Below are positions 34,574-42,710 of a stretch of 64,000 bases of DNA, piece after piece (within the stretch, counting starts at the first letter, position 1; each line of letters begins with the position of its first letter). The position numbers were made by a program, and so were the translations under genes. The notes beneath the pieces are model-generated. The model was not told where the DNA came from. It did no database searches and saw nothing but the letters and a program-made list of their open reading frames with translations. Location: the NCBI GenBank assembly GCA_017446225.1, contig JAFSRH010000036.1:9826-73825 (forward strand), given 5' to 3'. The stretch comes from Oscillibacter sp. Its GTDB lineage: Bacteria; Bacillota; Clostridia; Oscillospirales; Oscillospiraceae.

Positions 34574-35848
34574 ATGTCAAATTGCGCGATAGTAGGCATT
34601 AACTGGGGCGATGAGGGCAAGGGCCGAATGGTGGACCTGCTCACGGAACAGTACGACATAGTGGTCCGTTATCAGGGCGGCGGCAACGCGGGACATACGG
34701 TCATCAATGAAAAAGGAAAGTTTGCGCTCCACTTACTGCCGTCCGGCGTTTTCCGGGAGGGCGTGGTCAACGTGCTGGGAAACGGCGTGGCGTTGGACTG
34801 TGAAAGCCTGTGGAAAGAAATCGAGGACCTTTCCGGAAGAGGCGTCCCCATTACGCCGGAAAATCTGAAAGTCAGTGACCGGGCGTCCCTGCTCCTGCCG
34901 TGGCACCGGGAACTGGACGGTCTGGAAGAAGCGCGTCTGGCCGACAAGAAATACGGCTCGACCAGACAGGGAATCGCGCCGTTTTACTCGGACAAGTTCC
35001 AGAAAAAGACCGTCATGGCGGGCGAACTGCGCTACCCGGAGAAATTAAAGGCGCATTTGGCGGACATCTTGGAGTGGAAGAACCTGATTCTGCGCCGCGT
35101 CTACGGCGCGGAGGGCTACACCATGGAACAGTTGACGGACTGGGTCTCCCGCTGGGGGGAAAACATCCGTCCCTATCTCTGCAACGCCGGGAAGTTCTTC
35201 CGGGACGCCGTGGCGCGGAAACGGCGTATCCTCTTTGAAGCCCAGCTCGGCTCCCTGCGCGACCTTGACTACGGCATTTATCCCTATACGACATCCTCCA
35301 ATCCGGTGGCGGCATACGCCCCCGTTGGCGCGGGACTGCCGTCCATGAAGATTGACGCGGTCCTTGGCGTTGTGAAGGCTTACTCCACCTGCGTGGGAGA
35401 GGGACCGTTTACCTGTGAATGGTTCGGGGAGGAGGCGGAACGGCTCCGCAAGGAGGGCGCGGAGTACGGCGCGAAAACCGGACGCCCCCGCCGGGTCGGT
35501 CCCATGGACCTTGTCGCCACCCGGTACGGAATTCAGGTACAGGGCGCCACGGCCATTGCCCTGACGAAGCTGGACGTGCTGAGCTATCTTGACCGGATAC
35601 CGGTCTGCGTACGCTACCGGCTCCGCGGAACGGAGACGGACGAATTTCCGTTTCCGGCGCTTCTCCCGGAGGCGGAACCCGTGACCGAATATCTGGACGG
35701 CTGGCGTTGTGACATCTCCGGCGTACGGACATGGGAGGACCTGCCCCCCGCCGCCCGGGCTTATGTCGAGTATCTGGAAGAACGCCTTGAATGTCCGATT
35801 TCCTACGTGTCAGTCGGGCCGGAGCGGGACGCCATTATTTTGCGCTGA
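34574..35848 (+). CDS. purA: Adenylosuccinate synthetase
   Basis: ORF trimmed to MSNCAIVGINWGDEGKGRMVD (P-loop GDEGKG), GGGNAGHT and TTRQGI-like motifs. AGGAGG RBS. Confidence 0.96.
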   Translation: MSNCAIVGINWGDEGKGRMVDLLTEQYDIVVRYQGGGNAGHTVINEKGKFALHLLPSGVFREGVVNVLGNGVALDCESLWKEIEDLSGRGVPITPENLKVSDRASLLLPWHRELDGLEEARLADKKYGSTRQGIAPFYSDKFQKKTVMAGELRYPEKLKAHLADILEWKNLILRRVYGAEGYTMEQLTDWVSRWGENIRPYLCNAGKFFRDAVARKRRILFEAQLGSLRDLDYGIYPYTTSSNPVAAYAPVGAGLPSMKIDAVLGVVKAYSTCVGEGPFTCEWFGEEAERLRKEGAEYGAKTGRPRRVGPMDLVATRYGIQVQGATAIALTKLDVLSYLDRIPVCVRYRLRGTETDEFPFPALLPEAEPVTEYLDGWRCDISGVRTWEDLPPAARAYVEYLEERLECPISYVSVGPERDAIILR

Positions 35849-35949
35849 AAGTCCGGCGTGCAAAAAGACATTTCTGGCGCAAATTGCCGCGTTTTCCGAA
35901 AAAACGTCAAATCTTTATCATCTTCCGATTCGATTTTTTTGAAAAAGAC

Positions 35950-35978
35950 TTGCTTCAAAGGGAAAAAACTGCTATAAT
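35950..35978 (+). promoter_or_regulatory. Sigma-A-type promoter for the DUF362 gene
   Basis: TTGCTT-17 nt-TATAAT (perfect -10) in an A/T-rich spacer. Confidence 0.65.
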
Positions 35979-36038
35979 GAAGATAAATTTGTAACCTTGC
36001 ACCTCGCTGTTGTCGGACGAATTCAGGAGGCAGGAAAA

Positions 36039-36932
36039 ATGAAATCCAAAGTCTACTTCACCAAAGAACTGACGCCGGAAAAAGTCGTGGAGATGTACCG
36101 CGTCTTAGGCGTGGAACTCCCCGGGAAAGTCGCCGCTAAAATCCACTCCGGCGAGAAGGGCAATCAGAACTTCCTCCGCCCGGAGTTCTGGAAGCCCATG
36201 GTCGATGCCGTGAACGGCACGATTGTCGAGTGCAACACGGCCTACGGCAAGGCCGCCGGCGGCGTCCGGGACTACACGGACGAGCACCGGAAACTCATTG
36301 AGTACCACGGCTGGACGCGCCTCTTTCACGTGGACCTGATGGACGCGGAAGGCCCCGACCTTGTCTGGCCCGTCAAAAACGGAAAGGTACTCAAGAGCAA
36401 TACCGTGGGCAAGAACATCGTGAACTATGACTCCATGCTCGTACTGGCCCATTTCAAGGGGCACCCCATGGGCGGCTACGGCGGAGCGTTGAAACAGTTG
36501 TCCATTGGCTGTGCGTCCCGCGCCGGAAAGGCCCTCATCCACTCCGGCGGGCGCAGTGCGGACAATGTCGAGGCGTGGAACGTCCACGCCGAGCAGGACC
36601 GTTTCTGCGAAGCCATGGCGGACGCCGCCTCCACGGTGGTCGAACATTTCAAGGGAAAAATCGCCTTTATCAACGTCATGAAAAATCTGTCCGTGGACTG
36701 TGACTGCTGCGCGGTCGCCGAGGACCCGTGCATGAAGGATATCGGCATTCTTTCTTCCCTTGACCCCGTTGCCATTGATCAGGCCTGTCTTGACCTGATT
36801 TACGCCGCCAAAGACGACCCCGGTCAGGCGCATTTCCTTGAGCGCGTGGAATCCCGGCACGGTATCCACACCGTGGAAGCCGCCGCCGAACTGGGCTTTG
36901 GCTCCCGTGAGTACGAACTTGTCACGCTGTGA
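36039..36932 (+). CDS. DUF362 domain-containing (putative Fe-S) protein
   Basis: MKSKVYFTKELTPEKVVEMY...HSGEKGN, a typical DUF362 N-terminus. Cys cluster LSVDCDCCAVAEDPC. Consensus promoter upstream. Confidence 0.8.
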   Translation: MKSKVYFTKELTPEKVVEMYRVLGVELPGKVAAKIHSGEKGNQNFLRPEFWKPMVDAVNGTIVECNTAYGKAAGGVRDYTDEHRKLIEYHGWTRLFHVDLMDAEGPDLVWPVKNGKVLKSNTVGKNIVNYDSMLVLAHFKGHPMGGYGGALKQLSIGCASRAGKALIHSGGRSADNVEAWNVHAEQDRFCEAMADAASTVVEHFKGKIAFINVMKNLSVDCDCCAVAEDPCMKDIGILSSLDPVAIDQACLDLIYAAKDDPGQAHFLERVESRHGIHTVEAAAELGFGSREYELVTL

Positions 36933-36986
36933 GGTTGTCGGACCGAATCGGCGCCCCCGGAAATCTCATCTCAGGAAGAACCATTC

Positions 36987-39900
36987 ATGAAACAACGTTT
37001 CAATCCCGGCAATACGAATCCGGACGCCTCCGTAGAGTGCGTGAAGGAGTGGAGGGGCTTCTTTAACGAACAGATTCTCAAAAGGGCCGCGCAGTTCCTG
37101 ACCATGCACCAGTATGAGGACTTCGCCTGTACGGAACGGGAGGCCCACGCCATCATTGGGCAGGGCCGGAGCATGGGACGCGCGCTCATACGCAACGCTC
37201 CGGCGTCCTGTTCCGATGAATGGAACCCGAAACATTTTTCATGCAGTTGTCTGGCGGACCGTTACAAATACGAGGGAAACGGCGAACGCGTGACGCTCTG
37301 TGTCCACGAAGCCGCGCTTCTCATGCTCTGGGAGCGGAAACGCGGCCCGTGGCGTTTCCGTGAGACAACCGAAGAAACGCTTACCCGCCGCCGGAAGGAA
37401 GCGCAGGAAGCGCGGATTGAGCAGGAACGTCTCCGCAGAACGCAGCAATGGACCACGGAAGGGAATATTCGGGTAGAAATTGCCCCGTTTTTCCCGCGTC
37501 CGGCCGCTTCCGCGCCGGCGTCCTATTTTCAGGTACGCCGGGCCGTGGAAGGATGTACGGCCAGCCTGTACGCCCTGAACCGCGCCAAAGCCCTTTTACG
37601 GGAAGGGACTGTGGAAATGAGCGCCCCGGAGCTGATCTATACCCCCGCCGGACAACAGGCGCTGACCGTGAGCGCGCGCGTGTCGGATATGCTGGACAAC
37701 CAGTCCGTTGCGGTCGCGCTCTCCGCCGACTCGCTGATCAGCCACGTTTGCGACTGCCGTCAGCGTTTCGCGGACGACCCCTCCCTGTGCGAGCATGAGC
37801 TTGCTTTGCTCTCGCGCGTGGGGGAGTATATCGAACGCGAAAACCCCGGCGATGCCACAGACTGTACCGCCGAACGCTTCTTTCAGGAAATGGACGCCCT
37901 CCAATCCGTTCCGGAAACGTCCGAACGCGGCGCGGCCGACACGGACAAGGCCTCCGTGCTGACGCTTCTGCCCCGTATCGTACTGGACGCCGGGGAAGCG
38001 AAACTTTCCTTTAAAGTCGGCCTGAACGGAAGGTTCATCATCCTGAAAAACCTTCGGGACTTCTCGGACGCCGTACGGCAGGAAACGAAACTTTCCCTGA
38101 GCAAGACCGTCCGCGTGGATTTCTCCTCCATGACCTTTACGGAAGAAAGTCTCCGCTGGCTGGACTTTATCCGGCAGAAAATCAGTGAGGCCGATTTGCT
38201 CAACGACCGCATACAGTCGCTCAGTTACGGTTACTGGAATCTGTCCGGCTCCCTGTCCGCGCTCCATCAGGAGCCGCTCAAGGGGATTACGCTTGACCGC
38301 TTCTATGAGGCGGCGGAAGGGACGTCCTGTGAATTTCTCGACCGTACGCGGAAGCAGTCCGGCATGATTCCGGTCGGCCATGCGGACCTGAAAATTTATC
38401 TTGTCTCCCGGCGTATCGCGGACAGCAAGGGGAGCTTTCTCGGCATTGAGGTTTCGGGCAGTATGCCCGTCATTTTAGAAGGCGGTTCCGGCCTCTACGT
38501 CCTCAATGAAAACGGCCTGAGCAGGCTTGACCGCGAAGAAACGCAGGCCCTTCAACCGTTCCGCGCCGCGTCCAACGCCTCCGGGCAGATTCGCTTCCTT
38601 GTGGGAAAGAACCGCCTTGCGGAATTCTATTACCGTATCGCCCCCCGTCTGCTCGAATCGCCCTACGTGGACTTTGTCGACCACTGCGCGCAAGAAGCCG
38701 AAGCCGTTCTTCCGCCCGAACCCGTCTTTCTGTTCCGGATTGATTTGGAAACGGACTGTTTTCTGGAAGCGTTCGTTTCCTATGGGGACGCGGAAGCGTG
38801 TCGACTGCCGCGCGCCGCCTCCGCCTCCGGGCCTTATTTCGATGGCGTGCAGGAAGCGCGCGTAGAAAAGGTAATCCGCCACTATTTCCCGCGCTTTGAC
38901 CCGGACACGTCCACTTACCGCAATGACGCCGCGGAAGAGGAACTGTACCGTATTCTGACGGAAGGCGTCCCGGCGCTCTCCCGTTACGGCGAAGTGCAGG
39001 GGAGCAACAGTTTCCGGAACTGCGTCATTCGATCCGTGCCCCCGATTCATATGGGCGTCTCGGTAGAGAGCGGGCTTCTGGATATCTCCATTCTGTCCAA
39101 AGACATCTCCTCCGGCGAACTGTTGGACGTTCTGGAAAGCTACCGCCGGAAAAAGACCTTCCACCGCCTCAAAAACGGCGATTTCCTTACCCTCTCCGGC
39201 GATGACCAGCTTGCTTCCCTTGACGCCATGACGCGCGATTTGAACCTCTCCGCCGAGGAAATCATCCGGGGGCACATGGAACTCCCCCTCTTTCGCGCCC
39301 TCTACCTTGACACCATGCTGGAAGAGCACCACGAACTGGCCGCGAACCGTGACCGGACCTACCGCGCCCTGATACGCGCCTTCCGTACCATCCGGGACGC
39401 CGACTACGAGGTCCCCGCCGCGCAGGCGGAAATTCTCCGCCCTTATCAGGTCTACGGCTACAAGTGGCTCCGTACGCTCGCCGCCGCCGGGTTCGGCGGG
39501 ATTCTGGCCGATGAAATGGGCCTTGGAAAGACGTTACAGGCGATTACGTTCTTACAGGCGCTCCAAGAGTCGGGCGAAACCGGACCGGCGTTGATTGTCT
39601 GTCCGGCGTCTCTGGTCTACAACTGGCAGGAAGAGTTTCACCGTTTCGCGCCGGGGCTGTCCGTGCTCCCGGTTGCGGGCGCGGCCGCCGCGCGGAAAGA
39701 CTGTCTCCGCGAGGCGCAGCAGGAACTTTCCGATGTCCATGTCTATATCACAAGTTACGACCTTCTCAGGCAGGATATCGCCGCCTATGAGCGCCTCCAT
39801 TTCTCCGTCATGATTCTGGACGAGGCGCAGTATATCAAGAACCAGAAGGCCGGAATGACAAAGGCCGTGAAAATCATCCGCGCCCGGACCCGTCTGGCCC

Positions 39901-40823
39901 TGACCGGTACGCCCATTGAAAACCGTCTCGCGGAATTGTGGAGTATCTTTGACTTCCTCATGCCCGGGTTCCTCTACTCCTACCCCGAGTTCCTCAGACG
40001 CTTTGAAGTGCCCATCACCAAGAACCACGAAGCCGCCCCCGCCGAACGCCTCAAACACATGACCGCGCCCTTTATTTTGCGCCGTCTGAAATCCGATGTC
40101 CTGAAGGATTTGCCGCCAAAATTGGAGGAAGTCCGTTACACCCGTTTCGAGGACGAACAGCGCAAACTCTACGATGGGCAGGTCGTACGGATGAAACGTA
40201 TGTTGGGCGGCGGACGCTCCGGAGAGGACCGCATTCGTATTTTCGCGGAACTCATGCGTATCCGTCAAATCTGCTGTGACCCCGCCCTGATTTTCGAGGA
40301 CTACCACGGCGGAAGCGCGAAACGTACCGCCTGTATGGACCTGATTCAAAGCGCTATGGGCGGCGGACACAAGATGTTGATTTTCTCCCAGTTCGCCTCT
40401 ATGCTGGCCTTGCTGGAAGAGGACTTGCGGAGGGAGAAAATCCCGTGCTATAAAATCATAGGCTCCACGCCGAAAGAACAACGCCTCCGGCTGGTCCGGG
40501 CGTTCAACGAGGACGACACCCCCGTGTTTCTGATTTCCCTGAAAGCGGGCGGAACCGGACTGAATCTGACCGGCGCGGACGTGGTCATCCACTATGACCC
40601 GTGGTGGAATCTGGCCGCGCAGAATCAGGCCACCGACCGCGCCCACAGAATCGGTCAGGAAAATCAGGTGACGGTCTACCGTATGATTGTCAAAGGGAGC
40701 ATTGAGGAAAAAATACTGTCCATGCAGGAGGCAAAGAAGGACCTTGCGGACGCGATTCTTTCCGGCGAACGCGAGTCCCTCTTCAGCCTCTCGAACGAAG
40801 AGCTGATGGACTTGCTGAACTGA
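36987..40823 (+). CDS. SNF2-family helicase with two N-terminal SWIM zinc fingers (YwqA-type)
   Basis: SWIM CxCxnCxH motifs occur twice (FSCSCLA...LCVHEAA; VCDCRQ...LCEHELA). SNF2_N motifs LRPYQVYGYKWL, ADEMGLGKTLQ and ILDEAQYIKN. Helicase_C motifs LISLKAGGTGLNLTGAD and QATDRAHRIGQ. Confidence 0.92.
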   Translation: MKQRFNPGNTNPDASVECVKEWRGFFNEQILKRAAQFLTMHQYEDFACTEREAHAIIGQGRSMGRALIRNAPASCSDEWNPKHFSCSCLADRYKYEGNGERVTLCVHEAALLMLWERKRGPWRFRETTEETLTRRRKEAQEARIEQERLRRTQQWTTEGNIRVEIAPFFPRPAASAPASYFQVRRAVEGCTASLYALNRAKALLREGTVEMSAPELIYTPAGQQALTVSARVSDMLDNQSVAVALSADSLISHVCDCRQRFADDPSLCEHELALLSRVGEYIERENPGDATDCTAERFFQEMDALQSVPETSERGAADTDKASVLTLLPRIVLDAGEAKLSFKVGLNGRFIILKNLRDFSDAVRQETKLSLSKTVRVDFSSMTFTEESLRWLDFIRQKISEADLLNDRIQSLSYGYWNLSGSLSALHQEPLKGITLDRFYEAAEGTSCEFLDRTRKQSGMIPVGHADLKIYLVSRRIADSKGSFLGIEVSGSMPVILEGGSGLYVLNENGLSRLDREETQALQPFRAASNASGQIRFLVGKNRLAEFYYRIAPRLLESPYVDFVDHCAQEAEAVLPPEPVFLFRIDLETDCFLEAFVSYGDAEACRLPRAASASGPYFDGVQEARVEKVIRHYFPRFDPDTSTYRNDAAEEELYRILTEGVPALSRYGEVQGSNSFRNCVIRSVPPIHMGVSVESGLLDISILSKDISSGELLDVLESYRRKKTFHRLKNGDFLTLSGDDQLASLDAMTRDLNLSAEEIIRGHMELPLFRALYLDTMLEEHHELAANRDRTYRALIRAFRTIRDADYEVPAAQAEILRPYQVYGYKWLRTLAAAGFGGILADEMGLGKTLQAITFLQALQESGETGPALIVCPASLVYNWQEEFHRFAPGLSVLPVAGAAAARKDCLREAQQELSDVHVYITSYDLLRQDIAAYERLHFSVMILDEAQYIKNQKAGMTKAVKIIRARTRLALTGTPIENRLAELWSIFDFLMPGFLYSYPEFLRRFEVPITKNHEAAPAERLKHMTAPFILRRLKSDVLKDLPPKLEEVRYTRFEDEQRKLYDGQVVRMKRMLGGGRSGEDRIRIFAELMRIRQICCDPALIFEDYHGGSAKRTACMDLIQSAMGGGHKMLIFSQFASMLALLEEDLRREKIPCYKIIGSTPKEQRLRLVRAFNEDDTPVFLISLKAGGTGLNLTGADVVIHYDPWWNLAAQNQATDRAHRIGQENQVTVYRMIVKGSIEEKILSMQEAKKDLADAILSGERESLFSLSNEELMDLLN

Positions 40824-40829
40824 CAAAAA

Positions 40830-40866
40830 CCACGGAACAGAACTTCTGTCCGTGGTTTTGATTTTT
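40830..40866. terminator. Bidirectional intrinsic terminator between the SNF2 helicase and the ferredoxin gene
   Basis: CCACGGAACAG-AACTT-CTGTCCGTGG flanked by AAAAA upstream and TTTTGATTTTT downstream. Confidence 0.8.
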
Positions 40867-40877
40867 ATGGAACGCGG

Positions 40878-41693
40878 TCAAAAGCCGTAAAAGAACGCGT
40901 TTTCTTTGGGTTCGGAGAAGTCCCGTTCCAACATGGCGACATGAGAGAGAAACGCGGGGTCCCGGAACGCGCGCGCCCGCCGCGTACAGCGCGTCACGCA
41001 GGCCTGACACTTGATACAGGTCCCCGGCACGCGGGCCACGTCCGCGGGGTCAATCGCGCCCATCGGGCACAGCCGCGCGCAGGCCCCGCAACCGTTACAG
41101 CGTGACAAATTGACTTCCGGCTTCGCTTTCAGGAAGTTTACGGGCCGTCCGTCCGTATCCTTGGGCACGTAGTACGGCGCGGCGGCGTCCCCGGGCGCCC
41201 GTACCGCGGACGCGTCCCGAAAACGCGCGGCGGTTTTTTCGGCAAACGTCCGCACTTCCCACAGGTCCGTGACGCCCGGACGCCCGCCGCCTAACTTGTC
41301 CGTAAAGGCGTGTTCCCCGACCACGGCCCCCGCGCCAACGACACGGAAGCCGTTTTCCGTCAGCACGGACACCAGTTCGGCAAGGGCGTTGTCAAAGGCG
41401 CGGTTGCCGAACGTGACCAGCGCCGCCGCCGGGGTATCGTGGCCGCGCAGACAGGCTTTCAGATCGGGCAGAATCTTATTCGGCAGTTTTCCGGCGTACA
41501 CCGGACACGCGAACACGAAAAAATCCGTGGACGTGAACGCGTATTCCCGTTTTCTCGCTTCCGGACGGTTCAGGGAAAGCGTATCCAGCGGCACGCCGAA
41601 CTGTCCGGAGAGCGTACGCGCCGCCGTGACGGCGATTCGTTCGGCGTTGCCCGTGGGGCTGAACCATAACGCCCGTACTGTTTGGATTTCCAT
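40878..41693 (-). CDS. Flavodoxin-like / 4Fe-4S dicluster fusion protein (EFR1-family ferredoxin)
   Basis: Trimmed to MEIQTVRALWFSPTGNAERIA (flavodoxin-like). CNGCGACARLCP and CIKCQACVTRC ferredoxin motifs. Confidence 0.8.
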   Translation of the reverse strand: MEIQTVRALWFSPTGNAERIAVTAARTLSGQFGVPLDTLSLNRPEARKREYAFTSTDFFVFACPVYAGKLPNKILPDLKACLRGHDTPAAALVTFGNRAFDNALAELVSVLTENGFRVVGAGAVVGEHAFTDKLGGGRPGVTDLWEVRTFAEKTAARFRDASAVRAPGDAAAPYYVPKDTDGRPVNFLKAKPEVNLSRCNGCGACARLCPMGAIDPADVARVPGTCIKCQACVTRCTRRARAFRDPAFLSHVAMLERDFSEPKENAFFYGF

Positions 41694-41743
41694 AACGAAC
41701 GCCTCGCAATTCGGAAAGATTTTCGCCGCGCCCCGCGTATTGC

Positions 41744-41773
41744 TTGACATCATCACGCATATTGCGCTACAAT
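41744..41773 (+). promoter_or_regulatory. Sigma-A-type promoter for the dinJ-yoeB module
   Basis: TTGACA (41744..41749)-18 nt-TACAAT (41768..41773), 25 nt before the antitoxin ATG. Confidence 0.6.
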
Positions 41774-41797
41774 AGCGCCATGAAAGGGGTTGAGCTT

Positions 41798-42067
41798 ATG
41801 GCACAAGCGAACATCAGCATTCGCGTTGATAAGGAGACGAAGGCTCTCGCCGAACAGGTCTGCAAGGAGTTAGGGCTTTCCATGAGCGCGGCGATTTGCA
41901 TTTTTCTTAAAAAACTGGGGCGGGAGCGGCGCATTCCGTTTGAAGTATCCGCTGACCCGTTCTATTCCGCTGAAAATATGGCAAGGCTGAGAGCTTCCGT
42001 TGCGCAAATGGAAGCCACGGGCGGCGTAATTCATGAGGTGAATACGGATGGTGAAGGCATGGACTGA
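41798..42067 (+). CDS. Type II antitoxin, RelB/DinJ ribbon-helix-helix family
   Basis: MAQANISIRVDKETKALAEQVCKELGLSMSAAICIFLKKL is a DinJ-type RHH. The 3' end overlaps the toxin gene by 20 nt. Consensus promoter upstream. Confidence 0.82.
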   Translation: MAQANISIRVDKETKALAEQVCKELGLSMSAAICIFLKKLGRERRIPFEVSADPFYSAENMARLRASVAQMEATGGVIHEVNTDGEGMD

Positions 42068-42311
42068 CGCCGCATGGGAAGATTTTGAATACTGGACAAC
42101 GCAGGACAAGAAAACGCTCAGGCGGATATTGCAACTTCTGAAAGACATTGACCGCAACGGATACGGCGGCCTTGGCAAGCCCGAACCGTTAAGCGGCGAT
42201 TTGTCCGGGTATTGGAGTCGGCGTATCGATGACGCCAACCGCATTGTCTACAAGATAGAGGGCGGTGTGATGAAAATCGTGCAATGCGGATCTCACTACC
42301 GGGACAAGTGA
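42048..42311 (+). CDS. yoeB: Type II toxin, Txe/YoeB family mRNA interferase
   Basis: WTDAAWEDFEYWTTQDKKTLRRILQLLKDIDRN...GKPEPL...LSGYWSRRIDDANRIVYKI...I..CGSHY is a full YoeB signature ending in HY. Confidence 0.9.
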   Translation: MVKAWTDAAWEDFEYWTTQDKKTLRRILQLLKDIDRNGYGGLGKPEPLSGDLSGYWSRRIDDANRIVYKIEGGVMKIVQCGSHYRDK

Positions 42312-42322
42312 CGCGCCTTTCT

Positions 42323-42349
42323 CCCCCGTCCCCGTTCCGGGGACGGGGG
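42323..42349 (+). terminator. GC-rich hairpin after yoeB (no adjacent T-tract)
   Basis: CCCCCGTCCCC-GTTCC-GGGGACGGGGG, 12 nt after the yoeB stop. Confidence 0.45.
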
Positions 42350-42482
42350 ACGACTTCACGTTTTCGCGGCGAAGTGGCCGGACGCGGACGCGCCGCCGTC
42401 TGTGCGGGCATAAGCGGAATCTATATGTTTGTTCCGCATTGTAGTTGTACCGCTTCCACTGTCGCGATTGCGTTGGAAGCGG

Positions 42483-42692
42483 TTACAGGGAAAAGTCGGA
42501 TTCCTTGAACTTTCCAAAGCGCGGTGACACGGGGCGCGGCGGAACGCGTTTCAAGGGGTCGTAGCGGAAACTTTTACAGGGCCGGTCTCCGTTGACAAGT
42601 CCGCGGCGCGCGCAGCGGATTTCCGTTTCACTGACGCGTGAGCCGTGTTCGCAGTAGGAACAACTCGGTTCGATATCCCGCCGGAACAACAT
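42483..42692 (-). CDS. Small hypothetical Cys-containing protein (69 aa)
   Basis: MLFRRDIEPSCSYCEHGS...CARRG...CKSFRYDP. GGGGGA RBS. Starts 18 nt after the clpE-type gene stop. Coding status is not proven. Confidence 0.45.
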   Translation of the reverse strand: MLFRRDIEPSCSYCEHGSRVSETEIRCARRGLVNGDRPCKSFRYDPLKRVPPRPVSPRFGKFKESDFSL

Positions 42693-42710
42693 AGCAATCC
42701 CCCGCAATCG

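Noticed and set aside
39552-40826. 424-aa minus-strand ORF antisense to the SNF2 helicase C-terminus (similarly 36105..36869 opposite DUF362 and 37596..38381)
   Set aside because: No motifs and no RBS. The sense strand carries complete helicase motifs.
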